DNA of 64,000 nucleotides from Batkoa obscura (Eukaryota): NCBI GenBank assembly GCA_030770535.1, contig JASVEC010000025.1, positions 496,001 to 560,000 of the forward strand, read 5' to 3'. Shown piece by piece: positions 22,498 to 33,248 of this stretch (position 1 is its first letter; each line of letters starts with the position of its first letter). The notes under the pieces were generated by a model. It saw only the letters and a program-made list of their open reading frames with translations, ran no database searches and was not told where the DNA came from. The position numbers and the translations under genes were made by a program.

Positions 22498-23543
22498 TTA
22501 AAATGAAGGAATTCTTTTAAAATTATTAATAAACATATATCTAGAGAACAAGATATAAAGATGACGAAACCAAACCATTTGAGATTGATGTTGGTACATA
22601 GCATTACGAGAGATTAACACTTGATTTAAAGAAGATATAACTAAAATCTGATTGGGTACATTAACATCTGGTAGATTATATCTTATTGAAGAAAAAGTGT
22701 AATCTATTTTTGATAATGTAAATATAAGATCAAAGATTGAAATATATTTTCTTAATAATGGAACAGACTCTAATTGATAAGCAACTACTGACTTTTCTTT
22801 TTGATTTAATATAGTTGACGTTTTTAACATATGTCTATAGTTGGGTCATTATTATTTATAGTTAGATTGACAATTGAATAACTTACTCCACACCTACTCT
22901 TAATGCAATATGATTGATATGTCCAGAAACACCTTGTAAATCGAAAGTCAAAACCTAGAAATCAAATTAATCATGTAAAAAAACAAAATATTGTAATTAC
23001 CGTTCTTATCTTGTTCTTTATAACATAAGTTTCAAGGACATTACTGACTTCATGTGGTGGCCATAATTCCTTTGGTCCATCTCTAAAGTTACTATTTACT
23101 CCTTTAAATATATAAAAATAAAGATAAAAAACAAAATTACTCTTGGTTTAATACCTTGATATTATTCTTATTGATACCCAATTTATTACATGCCTCAATT
23201 AATTCCTTCTCCCTAACTTTACCCAAGTTATCATGATCACCTTATAAAACAATTAATAATACTTGAAAATTTAAACAAAATTACCATTAGATAAACATAT
23301 TAAGTGAAGATTAACCTTTTTGTTCTTAGCTAACTCCAAAATGGTAGGCGAAAAAAACATCACTTCGTCATCGGGGTGAGCAGTAGCCAACAATACATTA
23401 GTGAACTTCCAACCATCTTTTCCTTCTTGATTACCCGACAAAAATCGATGATGTGGTAAAGGTAATTGAAAATACAACACAACACCATATAGCATTAAAC
23501 TAGGTAATATTATACTCGCTACTACAAAAACATAAGCTAACAT
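22498..23543 (-). CDS. GPI12: N-acetylglucosaminyl-phosphatidylinositol de-N-acetylase (PIG-L/Gpi12), multi-exon
   Basis: N-terminal TM, TAHPDDEVMFFSPTI, CLSNG; internal exons give FRDGP..LWP and TFDLQGVSGHINH; last exon AMYQHQSQMVWFRHLYILFSRYM. Confidence 0.92.
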
Positions 23544-24258
23544 TTAAAGAGTTTTTTTAAAAACTGGGCTGGCTTGTTCTAAAAATTAATTGTTTCAATT
23601 GCTTTCATTTATGGGCTGAAATTAAATGAGTGTAATTGGCCCAGATTGATTTTTAAAGTTGCATTTTCAGTATAAAAAAAAGTTATAACTACTGAAATCA
23701 TTATTTTAGATTACTTCAATTTCATAAAATAGTATTAAAAAATCACTCTTGCAAGGCTGCGAATATTTCATTGAAAATATTAAAAAATTACTATCAGAGC
23801 TACGAATGCCCTATAAAACTAAATTTATAAGATACACTAGTTTAAAAATCCCATAAATTTATAATATAAAACTCATTTTTTGTTTTGGTTGTTTTTAAGA
23901 GCCTATAGAGCTTTTTGAATGCTTACATATTGAAAATAAACTATAGAAATTGAATTTAGATATGAGTGTAAACTTTATTCAATAAAACTATTTTTAGCCA
24001 TCATAAAATAGTAGTTTAACTTAATCCCAACAACAAAGACTTAGAAGGGACTAACATCCGCTTAGTTAAAAAATAGTGACAGAAAAGCCCTCGTCTCTTG
24101 GTCCTTGTCCCCGCTAACATAACTTTTCAGATGTTGTATTTTCTAACAAGCTTCTTGCAAATTGTTGTACTCTTATAATAATATTAGAGAAATACGCTAA
24201 CAGCTTTTTAGGGTTAAAAAGCTCGAAATTTGAGTTAATATGATGTTTGGGTCAAAAT

Positions 24259-24361
24259 ATTGAGGGTGTTTTTTTTGGTTTCACCACTTTTTCCATTTTT
24301 AATGCTATTGAGTGGGAAAATTGTTAATAAAATTGTTAAACAAAAAAATACATCCCCATAT
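24259..24361. mobile_element. MITE-like element copy
   Basis: GAGGGTGTTTTTTTTGGTTTCA...AAAATACATCCCCATAT. Confidence 0.8.
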
Positions 24362-26151
24362 GATGCTGATTTAAACAATTTAATAAACAATTTAGTTTAT
24401 GATATTTGAGAAAACGTTATATTGTTTACCTATGATATAACAGCAGAAATAAACTTATGAATATCGCTATGTATCCGCCATAAATATTTTATTATGTTTA
24501 TTTTTTTAATGAAACTATATGATGACTTTACGTTAGTGTCATATAAGTTAATTCAAGTATTAAAGAAAATAAATTTTAATTTACAAATATTTGATAAGGT
24601 GTTAGTTATTATTTTTAAAGTTAGATATAAAATAGGAATAGATTTAATTTACTATCATTATTTTAAAGCTACTAAAAAATAATATATTTATTGAATATAC
24701 GCAAATAATAAATTAACAAAAACTTTGATATATAATATTGTGCTAAACTCGAAAATAAAATTATAAATGAGGACAAAAAAATTAATTTATGATATAAAAA
24801 ATTAATTAAATTTATAAAGTGCTATTTTAATAAATGATACATTAATAAATATAGATTAAATTCAATTATCTAATCATTTATTCTAAAACTTATTTTTACA
24901 CTTAAATAATTTTGAAGTAAAATATCTTTAATTATCGTATTTACGCTTATATAGCCGACATCATTAATGTAGTATCTAAAATTATTACATTCTCAAAGCT
25001 TTCATTTTAAATCGCTAAATTTAAAAAAAAAACTCTATCGTCTCGCATAAACAATTCTTTAGTTTGAAGATGACATTATCTCGCATGTGTACAAAATGAA
25101 GCAATTTAATTTGCTAATTTTTACCAAAGTTTTTCTTCTAAAATATCAAAATAGCAGAAGGTTCCATAGAAAAATAATAGTTTATGTATGGGTTTATTCT
25201 TTGAATACACCAAGCTCTACTCAAAGCGGTAATAAAAACCTTGTATGTTAAAGAGATGGACTCAAGTTTTTGCTTCTCAATAGCTGGTATCTTCCTTTAT
25301 ATTAATATTTTGCTTCATATTCCTTAATATTAATGAACAAACTAGAATCTTTTAATAATGATTTTATTGTCCGTGGTATTACTGTATATTAATTCAATAG
25401 TAAATATAAATCCCACCTCTATTTTTCAGGTTATAAACTCGCTTTCTTTCTAAAAAGGTGTACCAGATTAAAAATTAGAAGTGAAACTGGTTATGTTTTT
25501 AAAATTAGAATATTTAACTTGAATGATAGATATCATATTTGAATACAAGGTATTTTTAAGAATATCTAAGACAAAAATCAAATAAATCTCTGTCATAAAA
25601 TATATATAAGGGTAAAAGATAAAGGGTAGAGTTTATGAGCAAAAGGTATTTTATTTATTTCTATAATTTATGACTCCAAGTCGTAATTTAATTTACATTT
25701 ATACTTTTAATAAACCTATTTTGTAGCACTGCTAATTTATTATAAAAGATAATTTTCAGGTGTTTACAAATTTTAGTTCAGTATCTTTGAACCTTATCTT
25801 AATTTAATTATATTATCATTGGTGCTTGCTACCATAATTGGAGTTAATTTACTATTATCTTAATTCCACTTTAATGACCATGCTTCGTTTCGATATGAAA
25901 GGTGAAAGTGGAACAAGATCTTATTGGCTAAAGCCATATGAATTGCTATGACCAATAAGTTAACTAATTTTTATTTTAACATTCTTTAAAGGAAATGATT
26001 TAATTTGAAAAAAATGAAAAGTATAAAAGAGAGAAGGATAGACTTGAAGTTCTTTGGCTAGTTTCATCTATTTTTACAAAACTAATAGTAATAACTTTAA
26101 GACTCTACTAATTTGGATACCTCAAAGTTGCTTCATCCGTAATATTATATA

Positions 26152-28185
26152 ATGAAATTCACCTCTCCTATTTTAAAGACTTTGCTTTTGGGTCTTTTAG
26201 CTAATCCTGCTTTAGCTATCCAACGTATTAAATTCTCTACCTGTCCTGATGCCGCTTGTATTATGCCAGTAGATGGTGCTGAATTCCTTACTGGTGCTCA
26301 ATTCGATATCCGTGTTGAGATCCATGAAGAAAGTCAAAATAAAGCAAATGGTGACTTTGAGTTGACTGTTTCCAAACTTGGTCGCAATGGTGTCGAAGAA
26401 GAACCCATTTTAGTCAACAGCTTTTTCAAGCCTATCAACTCCAACCCAGATTTAGAAAGATGGAACTTCACTTACACTAAAGATTCTAAAGATTATTACC
26501 AATCATTAGATGGGGACCTTTCCGTAGAACGCCCAGTTCAAGTTGCCTCTAAAATCTGGCGTAACGTTCACTTTAAATCCTCTGGTAAATATATTGCCAC
26601 TATCAAATATAATAATGGCAAAACTCACAAAGTTGAATGGATCGTCCGCCCTGCTGCTTGCAAACGTATTGCTCGTAATGCCATTCTTTTCATTGCTGAT
26701 GGTACCACCATCAACATGATTACCGCTGCTCGTGTCATGGCCCGTAAACAACGTAATGGTAAATTCCCACATAAATTTGAAATGGATATGACCGATTATA
26801 TTGGACATGTACAAACTCATTCCCTCGATGCAATGATGACTGACTCTGCTAACTCTGCCTCAGCTTATCACACTGGTCACAAAACCGCCGTTAATGCTTT
26901 AGGTGTTTACCCTGATTCTTCTCCAAATCATTTTGATGATCCAAAACAAGAATTGTTAGCCGAGTTAGCTCGTCGTCGTTCTAAATCTCGTGGTGGTAAA
27001 ATGGCTATTGGTATCGTTACTACTGCTGAGGTTCAAGATGCTACCCCAGCCGCTGTATTTGCTCATACCCGTCGTCGTGACGACAAAGCCGAGATCGTTG
27101 ACCAACTTATCAACGGTGCTAAAAACGCTACTATCCCAGTCATTGCTGATGTCTACTTAGGTGGAGGTGGTGCTTACTTCCATAATAAGACTGGAGGAAA
27201 ATCTCTCAAAGGAAACGATTATTACAAAACTTTTGAAAAACTTGGCTACAGCGTTATTAATAACGGAGAACAACTTAGAAACTACAATGAAGATAAACCT
27301 CTTCTTGGTATTTTCCACAAAGGAAATATGGATGTCTTTGTAGATCGTTCTATGTTAAAAGACAACCTTAAAGGAAACAAAGCTTCCCCAGTTGGTGACA
27401 ACAAAGATGCTTTAGACCAACCTGGATTAGTAGATATGACCAAGAAAACTTTAGACATTCTCAAGAAACGTGGTAAAGATGCCGGTTTCTTTGCTATGAT
27501 TGAAGCTGCTTCCCCAGATAAGCAAATGCACTCTATGGATTTCCATCGTTCCCTTATTGAAGTTATTGAATTCGATAATGCTATTAAAGCCGCTGTTGAC
27601 TGGGCCCGTAAGAACGATCCATCCACTTTAATCGTTATTACTGCTGATCACGGACATGGTTTTGATGTTTACGGTACTGTTGATACTGAAATCTTCAACA
27701 ATGCTCCAGTTGACGAGCAAAATCTTTCTAAACGTAATGCTATTGGTGTATATGAATCCTCTGGATGGCCAGACTACAGCCCTGATGCTAATGGTTATCC
27801 AGCAGAGCTTAATGTACGTACCGTATTTGCTGCTGCAACCAATAATAAGCCAGATAACTTTGAAAACTTCCAAATGAACCGCACCAAATCTCGTAAACCA
27901 GCTGTTGATTCTCACTCAAAAGAACATAAATACCAAGTTTCAGTTGCTAACAAAGACTTTGGTAAAGGTGGTATGTTTGTAGGCGGCAACCTTCCAGTTG
28001 AAAATGACCAAGCTGTTCACTCTATGACTGATGTAGGTATTTTCGCCTCTGGTCCAGGAGCTCATTTATTTGGTAAAGTCATGGACTCTACTGAAGTTTT
28101 CTTTAACTTTGCTTATGCTCTTGGCCTTGGTGAAGTTGATCCAAAAGAATGCTCTAAATGCCCAAAGAAGAGAAAGCACTATTAA
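26152..28185 (+). CDS. Secreted alkaline phosphatase with N-terminal extension
   Basis: Signal peptide; ILFIADG, TDSANSA (catalytic Ser), DATPAA, IEAASPDKQMH, ITADHGH and HSMTDV metal-ligand motifs; intronless. Confidence 0.93.
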   Translation: MKFTSPILKTLLLGLLANPALAIQRIKFSTCPDAACIMPVDGAEFLTGAQFDIRVEIHEESQNKANGDFELTVSKLGRNGVEEEPILVNSFFKPINSNPDLERWNFTYTKDSKDYYQSLDGDLSVERPVQVASKIWRNVHFKSSGKYIATIKYNNGKTHKVEWIVRPAACKRIARNAILFIADGTTINMITAARVMARKQRNGKFPHKFEMDMTDYIGHVQTHSLDAMMTDSANSASAYHTGHKTAVNALGVYPDSSPNHFDDPKQELLAELARRRSKSRGGKMAIGIVTTAEVQDATPAAVFAHTRRRDDKAEIVDQLINGAKNATIPVIADVYLGGGGAYFHNKTGGKSLKGNDYYKTFEKLGYSVINNGEQLRNYNEDKPLLGIFHKGNMDVFVDRSMLKDNLKGNKASPVGDNKDALDQPGLVDMTKKTLDILKKRGKDAGFFAMIEAASPDKQMHSMDFHRSLIEVIEFDNAIKAAVDWARKNDPSTLIVITADHGHGFDVYGTVDTEIFNNAPVDEQNLSKRNAIGVYESSGWPDYSPDANGYPAELNVRTVFAAATNNKPDNFENFQMNRTKSRKPAVDSHSKEHKYQVSVANKDFGKGGMFVGGNLPVENDQAVHSMTDVGIFASGPGAHLFGKVMDSTEVFFNFAYALGLGEVDPKECSKCPKKRKHY

Positions 28186-28319
28186 GCTTATAAAATTAAT
28201 TTGATATATTTAATAAACCATTAATAATTATTTAATATTCTGGGTATTGCTTCCATTATTTCAACTATTATATAGTAAAAAAATACAAAAATTATGTTTA
28301 ACGTTTTAGTTTGATTTAT

Positions 28320-28611
28320 TTAAACAAAGTTACATTTCTCGCATTCTTTCATATCATCGAATGGCCCACATAATGGATCTTCAGCATTAACTTTAACACA
28401 ACCATTGGTAGTAGCTATATACTGATAGGTATCAATCTTGCAGTTCCCAGGTCTAGCTGAAGATAAGCATAATAAAGCTCTATTTGAAAGTTAATATGGC
28501 CATAATTTAAATATTGTGTTTATACCTATCGTCTTCATTGATGGGATTTAAAGCTGCAACGGTGCTTAAACCAAGAAGCAAAGATATAAAATTATTTTTT
28601 TTGATATACAT
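28320..28611 (-). CDS. Small secreted 6-Cys protein, BPTI/Kunitz-like (81 aa, 2 exons; not in ORF track)
   Basis: Exon 1 28611-28526, GTATAA...AAATAG intron 28525-28480, exon 2 28479-28320: MYIKKNNFISLLLGLSTVAALNPINEDDRALLCLSSARPGNCKIDTYQYIATTNGCVKVNAEDPLCGPFDDMKECEKCNFV*. Confidence 0.75.
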
Positions 28612-28907
28612 AATCTGACAGTTAATATAAAAATAAAGTTTTTTTCTAAAGCTTTATAGTCTTTTTAAAAAACATAAGGTAATTATTGGTTTTAAAATCT
28701 AAGTTGATCACTAAAGATATCCTAATTCTAAGTTGAAAATTGAAAATCAAACATATTAAATTACTTTTTTTATTCTGACAGTTTATTCACACCCTGATTT
28801 AATATTTGCAAAATAGCCCTTTCATCCCATGCTTGAAAATAGAGTAGTGTTTTTAAAATTATTAAAATTATGTTTGTATACATTTAAATTAAGTTAGTTG
28901 AAATAGC

Positions 28908-29011
28908 ATACGGATATCTTTTTTTGTTTAAGAGTCTTGCTAACATCTTTTTTATTCAATAGTGCTTAAAAAATGGAAAAAGCGATTAAAGCAAAAAAGG
29001 CATCTCCATAT
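28908..29011. mobile_element. MITE-like element copy (diverged)
   Basis: ATACGGATATCTTTTTTTGTTTAAGA...AATAGTGCTTAAAAAATGGAAAAAG...GCATCTCCATAT. Confidence 0.7.
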
Positions 29012-29527
29012 AAAGACAAAAGATTAAATAATACGGTTTTTATGTAATATTTAGTTTTATGTATAGTATGAACTCAACTAATATATTAAACACCATTATT
29101 TTAGCAAGTACAGAATATTTTATTCTAGTTTAAAACTGATTTATTACATTTACTATTAATTTTCTCTAAATGATAATCTTAGCATTTGTGTATAATGTAT
29201 AAAATATATTAAAAATTGAAACTATTGTTGCTAAAAATTAAACGTTTAAATTGAAGTACTTTATTAAAATTTATTGTCTTTTAAATTGAGCTATTGAAAA
29301 TTAGAAATAAAAAGTATTTAAAGCTGATATATTTGTGTCTATTAAATGGTTGATTTGGTTTTTAATATTTAAACTTTATTACCTAATACAGATTAACATA
29401 TTTAAAACTATAAATAAAATTATTTGAATAATTAGTTATATGAGAAGATTATAACTGAACTTAATAAATCAAAGATATAAATCGTATCCCTATTTTTAGA
29501 CCCTAGATTAGTACCTTATAAGTGTGA

Positions 29528-32404
29528 TCACATCAGTAAGCAATCTTTTTTGTCCTTTTTTTCTTTTTTCTCCTTCTTGGAGTCTGAATTATTTGAGGAA
29601 TATGTGAAATTGGTGTCACCATAATTTGTACTTGTTAATTTAGAATTATACCCGTTTACACTTCCATTATAAGTTTGGGTATGGACGGATCCTGGTTGTG
29701 AATGTATAAGGTTTTGATATCCCTGTGTTTGAGACTTATTACGTGATTTTTCCATTCGCTCTTTTAATTCTTCCAACCTCTTTTTAGCTGGGTCAAACCC
29801 TTGATTAGCGGCAGATTCATAACAGCGCATTGCAGCCTGCATATCTTTATAAAACACACCTTCCCCCCTTTCGTGGCATGCCCCTAAGTTAAACATAGCA
29901 AATGGAGATCCAAGGTCAGCAGCTTTAGTATACCATTCAACTGCAGAAAATGAGTCTTGTGCAACCCCTCTACCTGTTTGATAACATTGAGCCAGATTGG
30001 TCATTGCAGAAGCATTATTTTGCTTTGCTGCCATTAAATAATATTCAAATGCTTTTTCAGGGTTTACTTCAACACCTTTACCAGCGGAATAGCAAGTTCC
30101 TACATTCGATTGTGCATCTGGATTGCCTTTATCTGCTAGTTTCAAATAACATCTAAAACTTTCTTGTTCCGAGGGCTCAACGCCCAAACCATCACGATAG
30201 CACGAAGCTAAAGCTAATGTAGCTTGTGAATGCCCTTCTTCAGAAGCATGATAAAACCACCTAAAGGCTTGTATAGGATCTCCTTGAACTCCGTTTCCAT
30301 TAAAATAGCACGATGCCAACATATACATACCTTCAGATTGTCCAGACTCGGCAGCAAGTTTTGAATAATGGTAACCAAGGTCATTATTTACATCAGTTCC
30401 TTGGCCTTTAAGAAAGCATTGAGCCAATGCACATTGAGCACGTGCATTGCCCTGATCAGCTGCTCTTCTAAACCATTCAAGTGCTTGATCAGAATCCTTT
30501 TCTATACCATGGCCCATGAAAAATGAAATGGCAACTGATCTTTGTGCTCCTGGATGTCCTTGCTCAGCTGCTTTACGGAACCATTTATAAGCTTCTTCAT
30601 AAGATTGTTTAACCCCCCTACCATTTGCATAACATTCACCAAGATTGTGTTGCGCAGCTGGATTGTCTTGCATGGCTGCCTTTTTAAACCATCCAGCAGC
30701 CTCTTGCCTATCTTTAGGTGCTCCAAGGCCAAAGTAATAACATGAACCAACATTATTTTGAGCACGAGCATGACCCTGGAAAGCTGCTTTACGGAACCAT
30801 TTAAGAGCTTCCTCATCATCTGGCAATAAACCTATACCGTGTTTATACATAATACCAAGAGAAAATTGGGCATCACTATGTCCCTTTTCCGCGGCCTTTA
30901 AATATAATTCATGAGCTTTGGTATATTCTTTATCCACACCTTCACCATTATAATAATGATATCCAAGTAAGTAAAGTGCTTGAGGGAAGTCTTTTTCAGC
31001 GGATGCTTTCAAATAAGAAATAGCCTTCGAGATATCTACAGGTACGCCCAAACCAAGAGCATAACATTCTCCAAGAGAGCATTGGGCGGCTGGGGAGCCT
31101 AAACGGGCAGCTTTGTTAAATAAAGCCAATGCTTTTGAATTATCTGGATCTTCAACCCCATAACCAAACCTATACATGATACCTAAACGAGTAATGCCCT
31201 CTAGATTACCTAAATTTGCAGCCTTTTGATAATAATTTAAAGAAGCACGATAGTTTCTACTTAAGCGTGCACCTTCAAAATATAAAGTCCCAACGGCCAT
31301 ATAAAAATCACCCAAATCATCGTCAGGATCCTTCTTCACAATAGCAAATAAATCATCTTTAACCCCTTCATTTTCTTTATCCTTTTCGAAATGAGTTAAT
31401 AACACTTCAAATTTATTTTCATCAATTGGACCAAACATACCGGTTTTAGTGTTTAGTGAAGTGGGCTCATAAAATTTAGTCCCAAAAATAGTTCCAAGAT
31501 CCTGTGCATCAGCTGCATGAATGTTTGTTTCATATAGTCCCATCGAGCGCTTAAGAAGTAGTCCAATTTCATCAGCATAGGGCCTCATCACTGGGTCTGG
31601 GTGTTGACATCTACGCATTAAACTTTCATAATTTGGGGGAGTTGTTGGCGGAACATCTTCAATTATACCTTCTTGCTTATAAAATCCAATTTTTGAAACA
31701 TCGGCCGCTTTTTGGTAAGGCCTCATACATGCACTAATTTCCCACATAACTACCCCCAATGCATAAACATCGGTTTTTTTACTCGGTTCTACACCAAATT
31801 TTTGAAAAATTTCTGGAGCCATCCATAAAGGGGATCCAGCACCCATAAAAGTAAGTCCTTGTGTCATACCTATATCTTTCTCAACACGGCAAACACCAAA
31901 ATCGGCAATCTTCGCTCTTAAATTTTCACCATCAATTTCAACTAATACATTGTCTGATTTTATATCGCGATGAATAATGTTTTTAGCGTGAATAAAGTCT
32001 AATCCAAGCGCTATTTCCATTGTTAATTTTTGACGAGTAGCCCAATTGTATTTATGAAAACCGCTTTGAATTAATTTAGCCAAATCTTTACCGTTGACAT
32101 ATTCCATTAATAAACAGGTACGGTTTTTATCATCAATGCAGGTACCTACAAATTGAACAATATAAGGCGAATGTCCTAAAGTGGCTAAAGTTTTTGCTTC
32201 AAGTTTTAATGAGGCTACTATCTTTTTCATTTTATTGACATTATCTCCATTCATATTTAATTGTTTCATAGCACATATCATACCAGCATATTTTACTAGA
32301 TAAACCGATCCGAAGGCACCTTTCCCTAACTCCCTTTCTTTTGTTACAAGATTAAAGTCAATGGTTTCATGAAACTTTGCAGCTGTTGCTTGCATAGCTT
32401 GCAT
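29528..32404 (-). CDS. TKL-type protein kinase with Sel1-like repeats, polybasic tail and CaaX (CLLM)
   Basis: GKGAFG, AMK, HRDIKSDN, DFG, GSPLWMAPE; Sel1 array; ends KKEKKEKKDKKDCLLM*. Probable 5'-UTR intron 32455-32407. Confidence 0.93.
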   Translation of the reverse strand: MQAMQATAAKFHETIDFNLVTKERELGKGAFGSVYLVKYAGMICAMKQLNMNGDNVNKMKKIVASLKLEAKTLATLGHSPYIVQFVGTCIDDKNRTCLLMEYVNGKDLAKLIQSGFHKYNWATRQKLTMEIALGLDFIHAKNIIHRDIKSDNVLVEIDGENLRAKIADFGVCRVEKDIGMTQGLTFMGAGSPLWMAPEIFQKFGVEPSKKTDVYALGVVMWEISACMRPYQKAADVSKIGFYKQEGIIEDVPPTTPPNYESLMRRCQHPDPVMRPYADEIGLLLKRSMGLYETNIHAADAQDLGTIFGTKFYEPTSLNTKTGMFGPIDENKFEVLLTHFEKDKENEGVKDDLFAIVKKDPDDDLGDFYMAVGTLYFEGARLSRNYRASLNYYQKAANLGNLEGITRLGIMYRFGYGVEDPDNSKALALFNKAARLGSPAAQCSLGECYALGLGVPVDISKAISYLKASAEKDFPQALYLLGYHYYNGEGVDKEYTKAHELYLKAAEKGHSDAQFSLGIMYKHGIGLLPDDEEALKWFRKAAFQGHARAQNNVGSCYYFGLGAPKDRQEAAGWFKKAAMQDNPAAQHNLGECYANGRGVKQSYEEAYKWFRKAAEQGHPGAQRSVAISFFMGHGIEKDSDQALEWFRRAADQGNARAQCALAQCFLKGQGTDVNNDLGYHYSKLAAESGQSEGMYMLASCYFNGNGVQGDPIQAFRWFYHASEEGHSQATLALASCYRDGLGVEPSEQESFRCYLKLADKGNPDAQSNVGTCYSAGKGVEVNPEKAFEYYLMAAKQNNASAMTNLAQCYQTGRGVAQDSFSAVEWYTKAADLGSPFAMFNLGACHERGEGVFYKDMQAAMRCYESAANQGFDPAKKRLEELKERMEKSRNKSQTQGYQNLIHSQPGSVHTQTYNGSVNGYNSKLTSTNYGDTNFTYSSNNSDSKKEKKEKKDKKDCLLM

Positions 32405-33134
32405 CTCTAATAAGCTAAAGTTAGGATAAATCAGAGGATCATTAATGTTAATTACTTGAAGTTATTTGATATTATTTAAAGTTAATAGTTAAAAAAGCAA
32501 AAAATAGTTAATTATATTTTAGTAATTTACCCATAACACATAAATAATAAACTTCTTAACCAATCATTATTTGCTATTTTACAGAAAGAAGTAGGGAGTT
32601 TTATCAATGTTAGAACACTATCATAGTTGAATTTTCTATTTTTAGAAAAAACGGAGCTTTATTATTATGCCCTCAAACACTTTAAAAGCTACACTAATAA
32701 GATAAAAATGCTATATTAAAAATTAATTAAAATAACTTTTAAAAAAATGGCTTACACAATAAACACACAATGATTCTATAATTATAGACCAACTATTTAT
32801 TACTTACACAGTATTGAGTCTAAAAGAATAACGAAGTCTATTATTCTAAAATTTTGTAATTTATTTTTTATATCTTTTATATATTTATGGTGTATGTTTT
32901 AAATTTTTCAATAAAAGTAACATTAAGACTTAATAAATTAAACATATCATTGTGATTAAAAAAAGTAAAAGCATCTTAAGGCCTAAAAACAACTTATTAT
33001 AACACAAAAGAGGTACTTTAAGACTTTCAATACAATATATAAAAAATAAAGTAATTAAAGGATAAAAATAAGGTTATTAAATAATTAGAGTATTCAATGG
33101 TTTGACTATAAATTTTTATTACAGTATTTAGAAC

Positions 33135-33248
33135 CATATGGGGATGTTTTTTTTTGGTTTCATTATTTTTTCCATCTTTTAAGCGCTATTTGAGCGGAAA
33201 GGTTGTTAGTAAAATTCTTAAACAAACAAAAAAATACATCCCCATATG
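33135..33248. mobile_element. MITE-like element copy
   Basis: CATATGGGGATGT...ACATCCCCATATG 13-bp perfect inverted ends; full core. Confidence 0.88.

Noticed and set aside
24060..24100. Resemblance of minus-strand GAGGGCTTTTCTGTC to the U11 snRNA 5' end
   Set aside because: No AAAAAGGGC start, and no downstream Sm site or U11 stem-loops visible.
3479..30819. Antisense and alternate-frame ORFs inside the kinases, carrier, RPL1, Ago and phosphatase
   Set aside because: Shadow ORFs of real genes with no independent motifs.
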